Positions 1-9,030 of a stretch of 20,997 nt of DNA are shown here, piece after piece. The position numbers were made by a program, and so were the translations under genes. The notes beneath the pieces are model-generated. The model did not search any database, was not told where the DNA came from, and saw only the letters and a program-made list of their open reading frames with translations. The DNA comes from Halodesulfurarchaeum sp. (GTDB taxonomy: Archaea > Halobacteriota > Halobacteria > Halobacteriales > Halobacteriaceae): contig JBDGUI010000019.1 of assembly GCA_042216015.1 (NCBI GenBank), positions 1-20,997 on the forward strand, written 5' to 3'. The stretch's first letter is position 1. Each line of letters starts with the position of its first letter.

Positions 1-143
1 ACGATCCACACGCCGTCACCGAAGTCGATGGCGTGGCTGGCCCGCTGCATCGTCTCCCCTGGGTGGGCGATCCAGCCGAATCCGTCGTCGAATCGGTCGA
101 CGATTTCGGGTTCGGTCATGGATCCGTCGTCCCTGAGTGTCAT
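1..143 (-). CDS. N-terminal part of a conserved haloarchaeal protein (probable MBL-fold-like); runs off the window edge
   Basis: Manual minus-strand translation from ATG at 143 gives MTLRDDGSMTEPEIVDRFDDGFGWIAHPGETMQRASHAIDFGDGVWI..., open to base 1. An alternative in-frame ATG lies at 119. The GWIAHP-E-MQRASHA pattern is recognised from haloarchaeal hypothetical proteins. Not in the ORF track because it is truncated. Confidence 0.75.
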   Translation of the reverse strand, partial: MTLRDDGSMTEPEIVDRFDDGFGWIAHPGETMQRASHAIDFGDGVWI

Positions 144-234
144 ACCCGTTCTACGGTTCCACCGCTGTTAATGATTTGTCAAGCGACGAACCGACTGGCC
201 CCGAGATTTCGCAGTACTGGCGTGGAATCGACCC

Positions 235-537
235 CTACAGCCGATCCGTGTCGATCACGACGCCAGGCGGGCCGACGACGAGAAAACGCCGGAAGTGAGT
301 CAACGTGCCGCCGCCCTCCTTGATGTCCCGAGCGAACCCGGCTGCAAGCTCGTTGATATCCCCCTCGATCGCGAGGATGAGGACGTTGCCCGCCTCGATT
401 TCGGCGATCCACTCCGCATCGGGCGTCGTCCCGTCGAGGGTGCCGAGGATGATCCGGCCGCTGAAGGCCCCTTCTTCGGCTTCCTCGATGTCGAGTTCCT
501 CCTCGGCATCCCGGAGGTCGAGGCTGAAATCGCTCAT
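235..537 (-). CDS. DUF5779-type small acidic protein (SepF-like C-terminal fold)
   Basis: 100 aa, acidic, starting MSDFSLDLRDAEEEL. The C-terminus GNVLILAI...GGTLTHFRRFLVVGPPGVVID resembles the archaeal SepF pattern. Confidence 0.75.
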   Translation of the reverse strand: MSDFSLDLRDAEEELDIEEAEEGAFSGRIILGTLDGTTPDAEWIAEIEAGNVLILAIEGDINELAAGFARDIKEGGGTLTHFRRFLVVGPPGVVIDTDRL

Positions 538-599
538 TGGGTGGGGGAACGCCGGCGCCGGGTAAAAACGTTCGTCTGCCGGGGTGGGAGTCGTCCGAT

Positions 600-1310
600 T
601 TACAGTTCGACGGTCTCGTCTCCCTCCAGAATCTCGACGCTCGCCCCGCTCCTGGTGGCCTCGACGGCCGCTGTGAAATCGTGTGGATCCTGCTCGATCG
701 GCGGGAAGGTGTCATAGTGCATCGGGAACGCGCGCCTGACCCCGAGCCAGTCGACGGCGATGGCTGCCTGGGCCGGTCCCATCGTGAAGTGGTCCCCGAT
801 CGGCACGGCGGCGGCGTCCGGCTCGAGGTGGGCGCCGATCACGTCGCGCATCTCGCTCATTAGCGCCGTGTCGCCGGCGTGATAGAACGTCCTCGCGTCT
901 GCACCCTTTTCGCTCGGGTCGGCGTCGCTGATGAGGAAGCCGGCCGGCATTCCGGCCGAGTTGGCGTAGTCGGTTTCGATGCCGTTCGTGTGATCGGCCC
1001 GGTGCATCGTGACGAAGGCGTTTCCCGCCTCGACGGTGCCGCCGAGGTTCATTCCGATCGTGTCGCTCACGCCGTACTCGTCGGCCACGTAGGCCGCGAG
1101 TTCCGGGGTGGCGATGACGGTGCTCCCTTCGAACTGCGGGACATGGGCGATGTGATCTGCGTGGCCGTGGGTTAGCAGGAGGTAGTCCGGCTCCTCGACG
1201 CTCGCCGGCCCCAGCTCCGTGTGTGGGTTGTCGAAGAACGGGTCGATCAGCAGGTTCGTCTCGCCGACGGTCACCGCCCAGGTCGAGTGGCCGTGCCAGG
1301 TGAGTTCCAT
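600..1310 (-). CDS. UPF0173 metal-dependent hydrolase (metallo-beta-lactamase fold)
   Basis: Starts MELTWHGHS; motifs IDPF, THGHADH (HxHxDH), [16 protein letters not shown] and PMHYDTFP. Start trimmed from 1337 to the ATG at 1310. Confidence 0.93.
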   Translation of the reverse strand: MELTWHGHSTWAVTVGETNLLIDPFFDNPHTELGPASVEEPDYLLLTHGHADHIAHVPQFEGSTVIATPELAAYVADEYGVSDTIGMNLGGTVEAGNAFVTMHRADHTNGIETDYANSAGMPAGFLISDADPSEKGADARTFYHAGDTALMSEMRDVIGAHLEPDAAAVPIGDHFTMGPAQAAIAVDWLGVRRAFPMHYDTFPPIEQDPHDFTAAVEATRSGASVEILEGDETVEL

Positions 1311-1401
1311 GGGTGAACAAACGGAGAAATGTGGCAAAAACGTGGCGGCGACTCATCGACCGCTCGCAACCCTTAGGCCCCGGGGGGTCAAACCCCAGGT
1401 C

Positions 1402-2145
1402 ATGCGAACCGTACGCTTCCGGGATCCAGCGGGGGCGACCCGGACTGGCGAGTGGACGGATGCGGGAATCGAGTTCGGCGGCCGGGTATACGACCCCCAA
1501 GACGTGGACGTGCTGGCGCCGGCCGAGCCAACGAAGATCGTTGCGATCGGGTTGAACTACGCCGATCACGCCGCAGAACGCGACTCGGAGATCCCCGATC
1601 GCCCGCTGCTCTTCCTCAAGACCCCGAACGCCGTCGCCGGTCACGGCGATACGATCACGCTCCCAGCCGGCAAAGAGCGGGTCGACTACGAGGCCGAATT
1701 CGGCGTGGTGATCGGGAAGCAGGCCCGGAACGTCGAGGAGGCAGACGCCTGGGAATACGTGAGCGGATTCACCGCGGTGAACGACGTGTCGAATCGCGAC
1801 GACCAGGAGCGAGAACAGAACTGGGTCAGGGCGAAGGCCTTCGATGGGGCGGCGCCGATGGGACCAGTCGTGGCCGATCCCGGTGACGTGCCGGAGAATG
1901 CGACAATCGAACTTCGGGTCGACGGCGAGGTGAAACAGCACTCCTCGCGGGCCGAGTTCATCTTCTCCGTGCCCGAACTGATTGCGGAGATCACGACCCA
2001 CATGACAATGGAGCCGGGGGATGTCATCAGTACTGGCACACCTGCCGGTGTCGGTCCGCTTTCGGATGGGAACCGGGTCGAAATCGAGATCGAAGGCGTC
2101 GGAACCCTCGAACACGACGTGGAACGGGTCGAGGAGCCGAGGTGA
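1402..2145 (+). CDS. Fumarylacetoacetate hydrolase family protein
   Basis: Motifs KIVAIGLNYADH, FLK, DYEAE, NDVSNRD, KAFD and GDVISTGTPAG. Start set at ATG 1402 (MRTVRFRDP). Confidence 0.93.
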   Translation: MRTVRFRDPAGATRTGEWTDAGIEFGGRVYDPQDVDVLAPAEPTKIVAIGLNYADHAAERDSEIPDRPLLFLKTPNAVAGHGDTITLPAGKERVDYEAEFGVVIGKQARNVEEADAWEYVSGFTAVNDVSNRDDQEREQNWVRAKAFDGAAPMGPVVADPGDVPENATIELRVDGEVKQHSSRAEFIFSVPELIAEITTHMTMEPGDVISTGTPAGVGPLSDGNRVEIEIEGVGTLEHDVERVEEPR

Positions 2146-2150
2146 CCACG

Positions 2151-2156
2151 CTTAAG
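2151..2156 (+). promoter_or_regulatory. Probable TATA box for a leaderless hisC transcript
   Basis: CTTAAG about 25 nt upstream of ATG 2181, the typical haloarchaeal leaderless spacing. Confidence 0.5.
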
Positions 2157-2180
2157 ACTCGCCCCCGTTTTCCTTCGGGC

Positions 2181-3254
2181 ATGCAACCACGGGACCTCTC
2201 TTCGAACCCGGAGTACGTCGCGGGCCAGGGCATCGAGGAGGTCGCCCGCGAACTGGGGATGGATCCCGCGAATCTCGTGAAACTCGCCTCGAACGAGAAC
2301 CCGCTCGGGCCGAGCCCGAAGGCCGTCGCGACAATTCGAGAGACTGCGCCGGATGTCCATCACTACCCGAAGTCGGTCCACACCGATCTCAGGGAGGCGA
2401 TCGCCGAGAATTGGGATGTCGAACCCGCACAGATCTGGCTCTCGCCCGGAGGTGACGGGGCGCTTGACTTTCTCGCGCGGGCGATGCTCGAGCCCGGTGA
2501 CGGCGTGCTCGTACCGGAGCCCGGATTCGCCTACTACGAGATGTCAGCACGCTTCCACCACGGGACGGTCCGCCGGTACACGATCCGCGAGGCAGACGGG
2601 TTCGCTCTCGAGGCAGAGACGGTGCTCGAGCACTACGCCGGCGAGCGGATCGTCTACCTCACGAGTCCCCACAACCCCACCGGGCGCCGGTTCGCCCTCG
2701 ATGCCATTCGCGATATCGGGGATCGGACCGGCGAGGAGACACTCCTGATCGTCGATGAGGCTTACGGCGAGTTCGCCGACGCCGAGAGCGCACGGACCTT
2801 GACCGAGGAGCGAGCGGACGTGGCCGTCCTTCGGACGTTCTCGAAGGCCTACGGACTGGCCGGCCTCAGGCTCGGGTACGCCATCGTCCCGAAGGCATGG
2901 GCGGATGCATACACGCGGGTCAACACGCCGTTTTCGGTCAGTTCGATCGCCTGCCGAGCGGGGCTTGCGGCACTCGAGGATCGGGAGCACGTAACGGAGA
3001 CCGTCGAGACCGTCGAACGGTCCCGCGAGCACCTGCAGACCGCGATCGATGCACCCGTCCTCGAGAGCCACGGGAATTTCGTTATGGTCGAGGTGGGAGA
3101 CGCCACGGCCGTCGCGGATGCCATGCGAGAGCGAGGGGTCATCATTCGTGACCTCTCGAGTTTTGGACTCCCCGAGTTCGTCAGGATCACCGCCGGGACA
3201 GCGGAAGAAACCGAGCGGGCGGTACGAGCGCTCAACGAGGTGCTCGGGTCGTGA
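2181..3254 (+). CDS. hisC: Histidinol-phosphate aminotransferase
   Basis: Motifs KLASNENPLGPSP, SPHNPTG, DEAYGEF and the PLP-lysine motif RTFSKAYGLAGLRLGY. Start at MQPRDLS. Confidence 0.94.
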   Translation: MQPRDLSSNPEYVAGQGIEEVARELGMDPANLVKLASNENPLGPSPKAVATIRETAPDVHHYPKSVHTDLREAIAENWDVEPAQIWLSPGGDGALDFLARAMLEPGDGVLVPEPGFAYYEMSARFHHGTVRRYTIREADGFALEAETVLEHYAGERIVYLTSPHNPTGRRFALDAIRDIGDRTGEETLLIVDEAYGEFADAESARTLTEERADVAVLRTFSKAYGLAGLRLGYAIVPKAWADAYTRVNTPFSVSSIACRAGLAALEDREHVTETVETVERSREHLQTAIDAPVLESHGNFVMVEVGDATAVADAMRERGVIIRDLSSFGLPEFVRITAGTAEETERAVRALNEVLGS

Positions 3255-3757
3255 AAGTGGCCGTGACGGGAACCCCCGGGACGGGAAAGACGACAGCGAC
3301 CGAGCGGATCGAAACCAGTCTCGATGTCGTCCATCTGAACGAGGTCATCCGAAATGAGGGCCTCTACACCGAGCAGGACGAGGGGCGGGACACCGTCGTC
3401 GCCGATGTCGAGGCAGTCGAGGAGTTTCTTGCCGGTCGGGATGACGTCCTCGTGGAATCCCATCTCGCCCATCACCTCGAGGTGGACCGGGTGATCGTCC
3501 TGCGCTGCCATCCCGCGACGATCGAATCGCGGTTGCTCGAGCGGGGGGAATCCGAGGAATCCGCCCACGAAAACGCGGAAAGCGAGGCGCTCGACGTGAT
3601 ACTCTCCGAGGCAGTCGGGGCACACGGTCCAGACGCCGTGTACGAAATCGAGACCACAGAGCAGACCCCGGAGCAGACCGCACGGGCGATCGAATCGGCG
3701 ATCGTGGGTGAGCGCGAACCGAGTGCCGGGACCGTCGATTTCACCGACTATCTATGA
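3251..3757 (+). CDS. Adenylate kinase, AK6/Fap7 (hCINAP-like) family
   Basis: P-loop GTPGTGKT, VESH motif, LRC, and ENAESE. GTGA overlap with the hisC stop codon. Confidence 0.88.
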   Translation: MKVAVTGTPGTGKTTATERIETSLDVVHLNEVIRNEGLYTEQDEGRDTVVADVEAVEEFLAGRDDVLVESHLAHHLEVDRVIVLRCHPATIESRLLERGESEESAHENAESEALDVILSEAVGAHGPDAVYEIETTEQTPEQTARAIESAIVGEREPSAGTVDFTDYL

Positions 3758-4353
3758 CACTCGATAGACTCAGACCCGTCGCGAACGCCGTTCTCGACCC
3801 ATTCGTTGACGCCGCACGGCGGATCGGGCTGACACCGAACGCCGTTTCCACGATCGCGTTCGGGGTTGCGGTCGTCGCGGGGTTCTCGTTCCTCCAGGCG
3901 GGCCCGTGGTGGTATCTGGCCGGGGCGGTCCTCGTCGTGCTGAACGGATGGCTTGACCTTCTGGATGGTGCCCTCGCCCGGGAACTGGCCATCGACACCC
4001 GGGCGGGTGATCTTCTTGACCACGTCCTCGACCGATACGCGGACCTCGTCATCGTCGCGGGCCTGGCGGGTGGAATCGGTCGATACGGGCTGGGATTTTT
4101 CGCGGTAACTGGCGTCCTGCTCACCTCGTACCTGGGGACCCAGATCGAGGCTGTCGGGCTCGAACGGGAGTACGGCGGGTTAGTGGGCCGAGCGGATCGG
4201 CTCGCGGCGATCGGCGTCGGGGCCGTGGTCGCGACGGTCTCTCCGACGGTCGCGGGATACTCGATCGTGGCGATCCTGCTCGGGGGCCTCGCGGTCGTCG
4301 GGCATCTCACTGCCCTTCAGCGCTTTTTCGGGGCATGGACGGCACTTCGGTGA
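3754..4353 (+). CDS. CDP-alcohol phosphatidyltransferase family (archaeal phospholipid synthase)
   Basis: Signature DLLDGALAR...GDLLDHVLDRYAD, N-terminal TPN, several TM segments. ATGA overlap with the upstream gene. Confidence 0.92.
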   Translation: MTLDRLRPVANAVLDPFVDAARRIGLTPNAVSTIAFGVAVVAGFSFLQAGPWWYLAGAVLVVLNGWLDLLDGALARELAIDTRAGDLLDHVLDRYADLVIVAGLAGGIGRYGLGFFAVTGVLLTSYLGTQIEAVGLEREYGGLVGRADRLAAIGVGAVVATVSPTVAGYSIVAILLGGLAVVGHLTALQRFFGAWTALR

Positions 4354-4366
4354 GCCGGTCGTACCA

Positions 4367-4372
4367 TTTAAG
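4367..4372 (+). promoter_or_regulatory. Probable TATA box of mbf1
   Basis: TTTAAG about 25 nt upstream of ATG 4397. Confidence 0.55.
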
Positions 4373-4396
4373 GCCGGTGACAGGGAATACTCGCCC

Positions 4397-4918
4397 ATGG
4401 TTCAGTGTGAGATGTGCGGCGCCGAGACCCACTCCCCGAACACGGTCAAGATCGAGGGCGCCGAGCTGCAGGTCTGTGATGACTGTGCGGAGTTCGGCAC
4501 GGAAGTCACGACACAGGAGACCTCGAGTACCTCGACGAAGTACTCGACGAATTCGAGCGGGTCGAGTTCCTCTCGGTCGGCGAACACCGGGGCCAGTGGC
4601 GGTTCGAGTGGGCGTCGTCGGGACCTCTACGACGAGATGGAGGAACTCGCGGAGGACTACGATGATCGGATTCGAAACGCCCGGGAGCGCGAGAATCTCA
4701 CCCAGGACGAACTGGCTAACCAGATCAACGAGAAGGTGAGTCTCATTCGCAAACTCGAGCACGGTGACATGGTGCCAAGCGACGACGTACAGTCGAAACT
4801 CGAGGGCCATCTGGGCATTTCTCTCACGGCGTCCTCGGCTGGAGGCGACGAGGAGTGGGAATCCGGGGGGAGCGATTCCGGGTTGACGCTCGGGGACATG
4901 GTCGAGCGGAAGGACTGA
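4397..4918 (+). CDS. mbf1: Archaeal multiprotein bridging factor aMBF1 (Zn ribbon + HTH)
   Basis: CEMCG...VCDDC zinc ribbon, Ser-rich linker, HTH (IRNARERENLTQDELANQINEKVSLIRKLE) and C-terminal LTLGD. Confidence 0.92.
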   Translation: MVQCEMCGAETHSPNTVKIEGAELQVCDDCAEFGTEVTTQETSSTSTKYSTNSSGSSSSRSANTGASGGSSGRRRDLYDEMEELAEDYDDRIRNARERENLTQDELANQINEKVSLIRKLEHGDMVPSDDVQSKLEGHLGISLTASSAGGDEEWESGGSDSGLTLGDMVERKD

Positions 4919-4972
4919 TCGGGGTCGGAGTCAACCGGCAATCTTTTTCGCCGTCCGCCCAGTTTCGTCGGT

Positions 4973-5614
4973 ATGTTCGTCCTCGTCAATCTGAAGGCCT
5001 ACGATGTCGATCCGGTCGAAATTGCCACCGCAGCGGCTGCGGTGGACGAAGCGAGCGAGACAGACATCGCTGTGGCTCCACAGACAGCAGATATTGCCGC
5101 AGTCGTCGAGACTGGCGTCGAGACCTGGGCCCAGCACACGAGTTCAGTCGAACCGGGAAGCCATACCGGCCAGCCACTTGCGGAGGGTCTGGCTCGAAAC
5201 GGCGCGACTGGGACGCTCATCAACCACTCAGAGCGACGGTTGACGCTCGCGGAGATAGACGCGGCCATCGAGCGCGCGGATCGCGCAGACCTCGCGACGG
5301 TCGTCTGTGCGAACAATCCCGACCAGATCGCCGCGGTGAGTGCGCTCGGACCGGACGCAGTCGCCGTGGAACCTCCCGAACTCATCGGCACAGGGACACC
5401 CGTCAGTCAGGCGGATCCGTCGGTCGTCTCGGAGGCCGTTGAGGCCGCAGCGGCAGTGAATCCGTCCGTCGAAGTGTACTGCGGGGCGGGGATCAGCACC
5501 GTCGCGGACATCGAGGCGGCCGCAGATCTTGGTGCGGATGGCGTCCTTCTCGCGAGCGGCGTCGCGAAGGCGGATGATCCGGCAGCCGCCCTCGAAGGTC
5601 TCGTGTCCACATAA
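4973..5614 (+). CDS. tpiA: Triosephosphate isomerase (archaeal type)
   Basis: Motifs VNLKAY, INHSE (catalytic His), AVEPPELIG (catalytic Glu), CGAGI and GVLLASG. Confidence 0.96.
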   Translation: MFVLVNLKAYDVDPVEIATAAAAVDEASETDIAVAPQTADIAAVVETGVETWAQHTSSVEPGSHTGQPLAEGLARNGATGTLINHSERRLTLAEIDAAIERADRADLATVVCANNPDQIAAVSALGPDAVAVEPPELIGTGTPVSQADPSVVSEAVEAAAAVNPSVEVYCGAGISTVADIEAAADLGADGVLLASGVAKADDPAAALEGLVST

Positions 5615-5669
5615 GGCAACGTCCTCGAAGGTCTCGTGTTCGCAAAAGTCAGCCGCCCTCGAAGGTGTC
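5583..5669. repeat. Three tandem degenerate ~33-34 bp copies across the convergent tpiA/dinB 3' ends
   Basis: CAGCCGCCCTCGAAGGTCTCGTGTCCACATAAGG (5583), CAACGTCCTCGAAGGTCTCGTGTTCGCAAAAGT (5617) and CAGCCGCCCTCGAAGGTGTC (5650). Confidence 0.85.
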
Positions 5670-6881
5670 GAAGCGGGCTTGCCCCCTGATCTCCGACTCG
5701 CGTTCTCCCTCCTCCTCGGTCTTCGAGGCCCCCGTCCAGTCCCCGAGCCCGGCCTGTTCGTTTTCGGCGAAGCTCAGGTTCGAGACTCGGACCCCCAGCT
5801 TTCGCACCCGATCGCCCTCGAACTCCTGGAAGAGCCGCGTTGCCGTCTCGCGAACGAGGTCCGGATCGTCGACGGGGCCACCGAGTGAACGCTCCCGCGT
5901 GTTCAGTTCGTAGGGCGGCTGGATGACCTTGATGCCGATGGTCCGGTAGAGCGCTCCCTTCTCGGTGGCCCTCGTGGCGACCGCCCGAGAGAGGGCGTCG
6001 ATCTGCTCCCGGGCCCGTTCGGGGTCCGAAATCGGGTCCCCGAAGGAGGTCTCTCGCGAGAGGCTCTTCGGCCGACCCCGCGATTCGACCTCGCGATCGT
6101 CGACTCCCTGTGCCCGAAAGTGCAGGTCGCGGCCCCGCTCCCCGAAGCGGTCGGTGATGGTTTCGAGATCGGCCTCGGCGAGGTCGCCGATGGTGTGGAT
6201 CCCCAGCTCGTGGAAGGTGGCTGCGCTCTTCGGGCCGACGCCGTGGAGATCCTCGATGGGGAGCGGATCGAGGAAATCCCGGAGTTCCGCGGGCGGAATG
6301 ACGGTCAATCCGTCCGGCTTGTCGTGGTCCGAGGCGATCTTCGCGGCGCTCATGTTCGGGGCGACCCCCACGCTCGCCGGCACGCCGACCTCCCGTTCGA
6401 TGCGTTGTTTGACGTGTCGGCCAAAGCCCTCGGCGACGTCCCAGGCGGTTCGGTCGGTCACGTCGAGGTAGGCCTCGTCGATGCTGACCTCCCTGACGGT
6501 ATCGGCCAGTTCATAGAGGATGGATTTGACCTCGCTCGCGACGGACTTGTAGAAGTCGTGATCGACGGAGCGATAGTGCCCGACTGCCCCGTCGTCGGGC
6601 GAGGTCTCGCCGGGTGGGTGCTCGGCCCGGGGCAGTCTATCGAGGGCCTCGGAGATCGGCTGGGCGCTCTCGACGCCGTACTCGCGGGCCTCGTAACTCG
6701 CGGTGGCGACCGCGCCGATCGTCTCGCCCGGTTCGTAGCCCATCCCGACGACCACCGGTTCTCCTTCGAGTTCTGGTTCGCGCAGGCGCTCGCAGGAGGC
6801 ATAGAAACAGTCCATATCGACGTGGAGCACGATGGCTGGGTCGGACTTGGTTGCCCCCGGGAGTCGACCCTCGCGTGCCAT
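5649..6881 (-). CDS. dinB: DNA polymerase IV (Y-family, DinB/Dpo4)
   Basis: Motifs HVDMDCFYAS, ATASYEAREYGV, SIDEAYLD, AKIASD..KPDG and HGVG. Start MAREGRL at 6881, with TATA-like TTAAAT at 6905-6910. Confidence 0.95.
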   Translation of the reverse strand: MAREGRLPGATKSDPAIVLHVDMDCFYASCERLREPELEGEPVVVGMGYEPGETIGAVATASYEAREYGVESAQPISEALDRLPRAEHPPGETSPDDGAVGHYRSVDHDFYKSVASEVKSILYELADTVREVSIDEAYLDVTDRTAWDVAEGFGRHVKQRIEREVGVPASVGVAPNMSAAKIASDHDKPDGLTVIPPAELRDFLDPLPIEDLHGVGPKSAATFHELGIHTIGDLAEADLETITDRFGERGRDLHFRAQGVDDREVESRGRPKSLSRETSFGDPISDPERAREQIDALSRAVATRATEKGALYRTIGIKVIQPPYELNTRERSLGGPVDDPDLVRETATRLFQEFEGDRVRKLGVRVSNLSFAENEQAGLGDWTGASKTEEEGERESEIRGQARFDTFEGG

Positions 6882-6945
6882 GTCCCAGTCTCGGGTCTGC
6901 TGGCATTTAACCACACTCACCGCGGTCGAAGCACCCGCTCGATTC

Positions 6946-7704
6946 TCAGACTCCCTCGATCTGTGTCCCCTGCTTCCGACACGTCTCGAGCCCGTGCTTT
7001 GCGGCCATTCCGGCGTCGTGGGCCGTCGGTCCGGATCCGATCCCGACCTGGAGGGTCACGTCGGCTGTCGCCTCGACATGTTCGATAATGGCCCGGTAGT
7101 CCTCGCGATCGAGGTCCGGACAGATCGCGATGACGTTGTCTCCCCCGACGAAGAAGGAGAGCCCCCCGTACTCGTCATGGAGGTGCTGCATGAGCGAAAA
7201 ATAGCCGTGCTCGATGTGGATGAACGTGGAGAAGGCGTCGAGTTCGTCGGTGTACTTCCCGGTTGCGTCGATGACGTCGAAATGGGCGATGTGGACGTCC
7301 TCGTCGGTCCGTTCGTCGCACGAAATCGTGCTGCCCAGAAGCTCTTCGGTCCGGTCCTCGTCCTGGGCACTCCCCCGATCCTGCAACCGGGCCGTGGCCC
7401 CGACCAGCGCCTCGCTGGGTGTGGAACCGCGACCGATCGCCATGCTGATGGTGACTGGATAGCGGTTCCCGATCGATTCCTGGATGCGTGCGTGGTCCGA
7501 GACGTCCATCCCGTTGGTCACGGCGATCATGTTGTCGAATCGGGTAAAAAACGTGTACCCGCCGTGTTCACCGAACTTCTGGGAGAGATCGGCGAACAGT
7601 CGCGACTGGAGGGTCTGGAGGTCGACCTCGCGGCGAGGCGACGGCGTGACCGTCCAGGGACCGTAGTTGTCGATTTGGATGAGAGTGACCTGCGTGTTCG
7701 TCAC
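6946..7704 (-). CDS. gch3: GTP cyclohydrolase III (IIa)
   Basis: Motifs QIDNYGPWT, RREVDLQ.LQ, TRFDN, HFDV and FFVGGDN. Confidence 0.94.
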   Translation of the reverse strand: MTNTQVTLIQIDNYGPWTVTPSPRREVDLQTLQSRLFADLSQKFGEHGGYTFFTRFDNMIAVTNGMDVSDHARIQESIGNRYPVTISMAIGRGSTPSEALVGATARLQDRGSAQDEDRTEELLGSTISCDERTDEDVHIAHFDVIDATGKYTDELDAFSTFIHIEHGYFSLMQHLHDEYGGLSFFVGGDNVIAICPDLDREDYRAIIEHVEATADVTLQVGIGSGPTAHDAGMAAKHGLETCRKQGTQIEGV

Positions 7705-7812
7705 GGTGAGTCGTCCTTTTCGCCGTCCGACTTAACCGTTTACGGTCCGGCACGGGATTCTGATGTTCCTGGAGACGCGGGTTTTTGGTTCCGGCTGTCC
7801 TGTGATTCGAAC

Positions 7813-9030
7813 ATGGGAGACGCCGAGTCTGTGAGAGGATCCGGGTTCGTCGAGCGAACCCGGGTCGATGAGGCACGCGAGATCCTCCGGGCGGAAGTTC
7901 CCACCGTGGGGACCGAGACGGTCCCGCTCGAGGCGGCGGACGGACGGGTGCTCGCCGAAACGGTCACCTCGCCGCGGAACGTGCCGGACTTCCCGAGAGC
8001 GGCGATGGACGGCTATGCAGTCAGGGCCGAGGACACCTTCGGCGCGGCCGACCGCTCACCTGCCGTCCTCTCCGTGCGCGAGGAACCCGGTCCCGAGCGG
8101 GCGACCTGGGTCCACACGGGCAGTTCGGTTCCGGAACCCGCCGATGCCGTCCTCAAGACCGAATACGCCACGGAGGTCGGCGATTCGATCGAAATCACGA
8201 AGGCCGTGGCCGTCGGACAGAACGTGAGCGACGTGGGGGAGGATCTGGAGGCGGGACAGCACCTCTTCGATCCGGGCCACCGGCTTCGGCCCTCGGACCT
8301 CGCGCTGCTTCGGTCGGTCGGGATCGAATCGGTTGCGGTGCGGAACCGGCCTGCGGTTGCCGTGATACCGACCGGGGAGGAACTCGTCGAGGCAGCTCCT
8401 GACCCGGGCGAGGCGATCGAGACGAACGGTATCATGGTCTCCTCGCTCCTCGAACGCTGGGGTGGAGAGGCGAGCCACAGGTCCGTCGTCACTGACGACT
8501 GGGACGCGCTCGCCGACGCGATCGAAACGAATCTCGATGCCGATCTAATCGTGACGACTGGCGGGTCCTCGATCGGCAAGCGGGATCTCCTGCCGGCCGT
8601 CGTGGAGGAGATGGGTGAGTTGCTCGTCCACGGGGTCGGCCTGAAACCCGGCCACCCCCTCGCGCTCGGACAGGTCGATGGGACACCCGTGATCATGCTT
8701 CCGGGGTATCCGGTCGCCTGCATCGTCAACGCCTGGCAGTTCGTCAGACCGGCGCTCAACTGGGTGGCGGGGACCAGTCCGGACGAGCCCGCACGCGTGC
8801 AGGCCCGCCTGGATCGGAAGGTCCGGAGCGAACCGGGCATCCGGAGTTGTGTCCGGGTCACGGTCGAGAACTCGGGCGAATCCGTCACGGCCTCACCGGT
8901 CCACGAGAGCGGATCGAGCATCCTCTCGAGTGTCTCGCTCGCGGACGGGTGGGTACAGGTCCCGGAGTCGATCGAGGGGTACGACGCGGGTGAAACCGTT
9001 TCCGTGGAGTTCTGGGAGGCGAGGCCATGA
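7813..9030 (+). CDS. moeA: Molybdopterin molybdotransferase MoeA
   Basis: Motifs GRVLAE, RAAMDGYAV, PTGEE, TTGGSSIG, KPGHP and LPGYP. The real start is ATG 7813 (MGDAESVRGSGF); the upstream part of the 732-aa ORF is the antisense shadow of gch3. Confidence 0.92.
   Translation: MGDAESVRGSGFVERTRVDEAREILRAEVPTVGTETVPLEAADGRVLAETVTSPRNVPDFPRAAMDGYAVRAEDTFGAADRSPAVLSVREEPGPERATWVHTGSSVPEPADAVLKTEYATEVGDSIEITKAVAVGQNVSDVGEDLEAGQHLFDPGHRLRPSDLALLRSVGIESVAVRNRPAVAVIPTGEELVEAAPDPGEAIETNGIMVSSLLERWGGEASHRSVVTDDWDALADAIETNLDADLIVTTGGSSIGKRDLLPAVVEEMGELLVHGVGLKPGHPLALGQVDGTPVIMLPGYPVACIVNAWQFVRPALNWVAGTSPDEPARVQARLDRKVRSEPGIRSCVRVTVENSGESVTASPVHESGSSILSSVSLADGWVQVPESIEGYDAGETVSVEFWEARP

Noticed and set aside
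2142..2180. GTG start of hisC overlapping the FAH stop codon
   Set aside because: The extension contains the TATA-like CTTAAG, so the leaderless ATG at 2181 fits better.
4515..4612. Ser/Thr/Gly low-complexity stretch with TCGA-rich repeats
   Set aside because: This is the normal flexible linker of haloarchaeal aMBF1.
5583..5669. Mini CRISPR array
   Set aside because: The units are contiguous ~33-bp tandem copies without unique spacers, they overlap coding ends, and there are no cas genes or leader.
6832..7812. N-terminal extension making MoeA a 732-aa fusion
   Set aside because: It lies antisense to gch3 and the start of dinB. It is a stop-free GC-rich shadow frame, and MoeA similarity begins at ATG 7813.
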